Below the pieces are notes generated by a model that was not told where the DNA came from, made no database searches, and saw only the letters and a program-made list of their open reading frames with translations. The position numbers and the translations under genes are program-made. A stretch of 63,984 nt of DNA, filler included, from Malassezia furfur (lineage: Eukaryota), in NCBI GenBank assembly GCA_052055015.1. It is 9 parts of 9 records of this genome, joined end to end, with 100 filler letters (N's around TTAATTAATTAA, not from the genome) between each part and the next. Parts side by side here need not be neighbours in the genome. Positions count along the whole stretch, not along the records: positions 57,892 to 63,984 come from JBQJIT010000564.1; 8 more parts are not named here. One strand, written 5' to 3'. Within the stretch, counting starts at the first letter, position 1. The number at the start of each line of letters is the position of its first letter. Below are positions 63,228 to 63,984 of this stretch, in pieces.

Positions 63228-63984
63228 ATGGCGCTCAAGGTACGTGGGGCACCGCTTACAGCAGGTGTATTCGCTGTGGATCTTTGACCGGCACTGCGAC
63301 GCCATCTACCACCAGGACTGGTCGCACCTGTACCAGCAGGGCCCCACATCGTTTACGTCGTCCCTTGGCGCAACGCTCCAGCGCGTGGGCGCCCAGCCGG
63401 ACGGCTCCAAGCCCGACGCGGCCGCACAGGCGTTGCGCCCCGCGGGCGACGCGCTGCCAGGCGTGAGCCGCAACGTGACGCAGGACGCGACCGACTCCAA
63501 CCTTCTGCCGTTTGACCAGGAGGCGAAGCTGATTTACGGACTCGTGTACTCCCTCCGGAACCTCGTGCGCAAGCTGGGGGGGAAGCACGAGCAGTTTTAC
63601 AACTTTTCCACGTCCACGTATACCCTGTCGCACCTGCAGACGCCCTCGATGTACACATTTGTCATGGTCACAGACCCACCGCCGACGCGCAACGCCAAGG
63701 GTGCGCTCGCCAACTTTGCGAGCGCGAGCGCCATCCCTGGCACCGCCGGCATGACGCTCCGCGGCGTGCTCCACGAGATCTGGCGGGGGCCATGGGTGCA
63801 GAATGCGACGCGGCACCCGCTCGTGAACTGTACGGAGCGCGAGACGTACGAGCCACCGCTGCCGGCACCACAGGCGAGCGCGCCCGATACCGCCGAGGCG
63901 CCGGCGCCGGCGCCGCCCATGACACGCGACGAGTTGGGCGAGCGGGTGCGCCGGACGCACGGGATCGACAATGACGCGCTGCGC
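63228..63984 (+). CDS. BET5: TRAPP complex subunit Bet5/TRAPPC1; intron 63240-63264; 3' runs off the window
   Basis: Not in the ORF track. Spliced MALK|VYSLWIFDRHCDAIYHQDW, then EAKLIYGLVYSLRNLVRKL and F.TSTY.L....TPS...FVMVTDP (sybindin/longin signature). Confidence 0.9.

Overview
This is eukaryotic (fungal) DNA, not one continuous locus. It consists of nine ~7-kb contigs sorted by decreasing length (>=7235, 7221, 7153, 7124, 7113, 7104, 7074, 7067, >=6093 bp), joined by artificial 100-nt N44-TTAATTAATTAA-N44 linkers. The rDNA contig (18S-ITS1-5.8S-ITS2-26S, minus strand), high GC and extreme gene compaction point to a Malassezia yeast; the ITS resembles M. furfur from memory, unverified. 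Most genes are conserved housekeeping genes: an ACBP-domain protein, PEX3, NEW1, TRM82, CCH1, gamma-tubulin, FIG4, ERG4, mitochondrial bL12, CCC2, FMP27/Hobbit, MIF2/CENP-C, OMA1, an APC permease, a GT15 mannosyltransferase, PRP38, VHC1, MYO2, RAD21, SCAP, SGT2, probable TSC1, GLN4, a TM9 nonaspanin and BET5. Five observations stand out. (1) 25 hand-decoded spliceosomal introns are only 21-31 nt long (median 24) with a fused branch/acceptor CTNACNYAG, and one gene carries eight of them. (2) A 146-bp segment inside FIG4 lies between 34-bp inverted repeats; it introduces a stop as assembled but restores an open frame when flipped. (3) A CACGTG E-box sits in 11 of the tiny intergenic spacers. (4) An Atg37/ACBD5-like gene is head-to-head with PEX3. 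(5) Some genes abut with 0-20 bp spacers. I found no mobile element, CRISPR array or tRNA, and nothing I can show to be a new multi-gene system.
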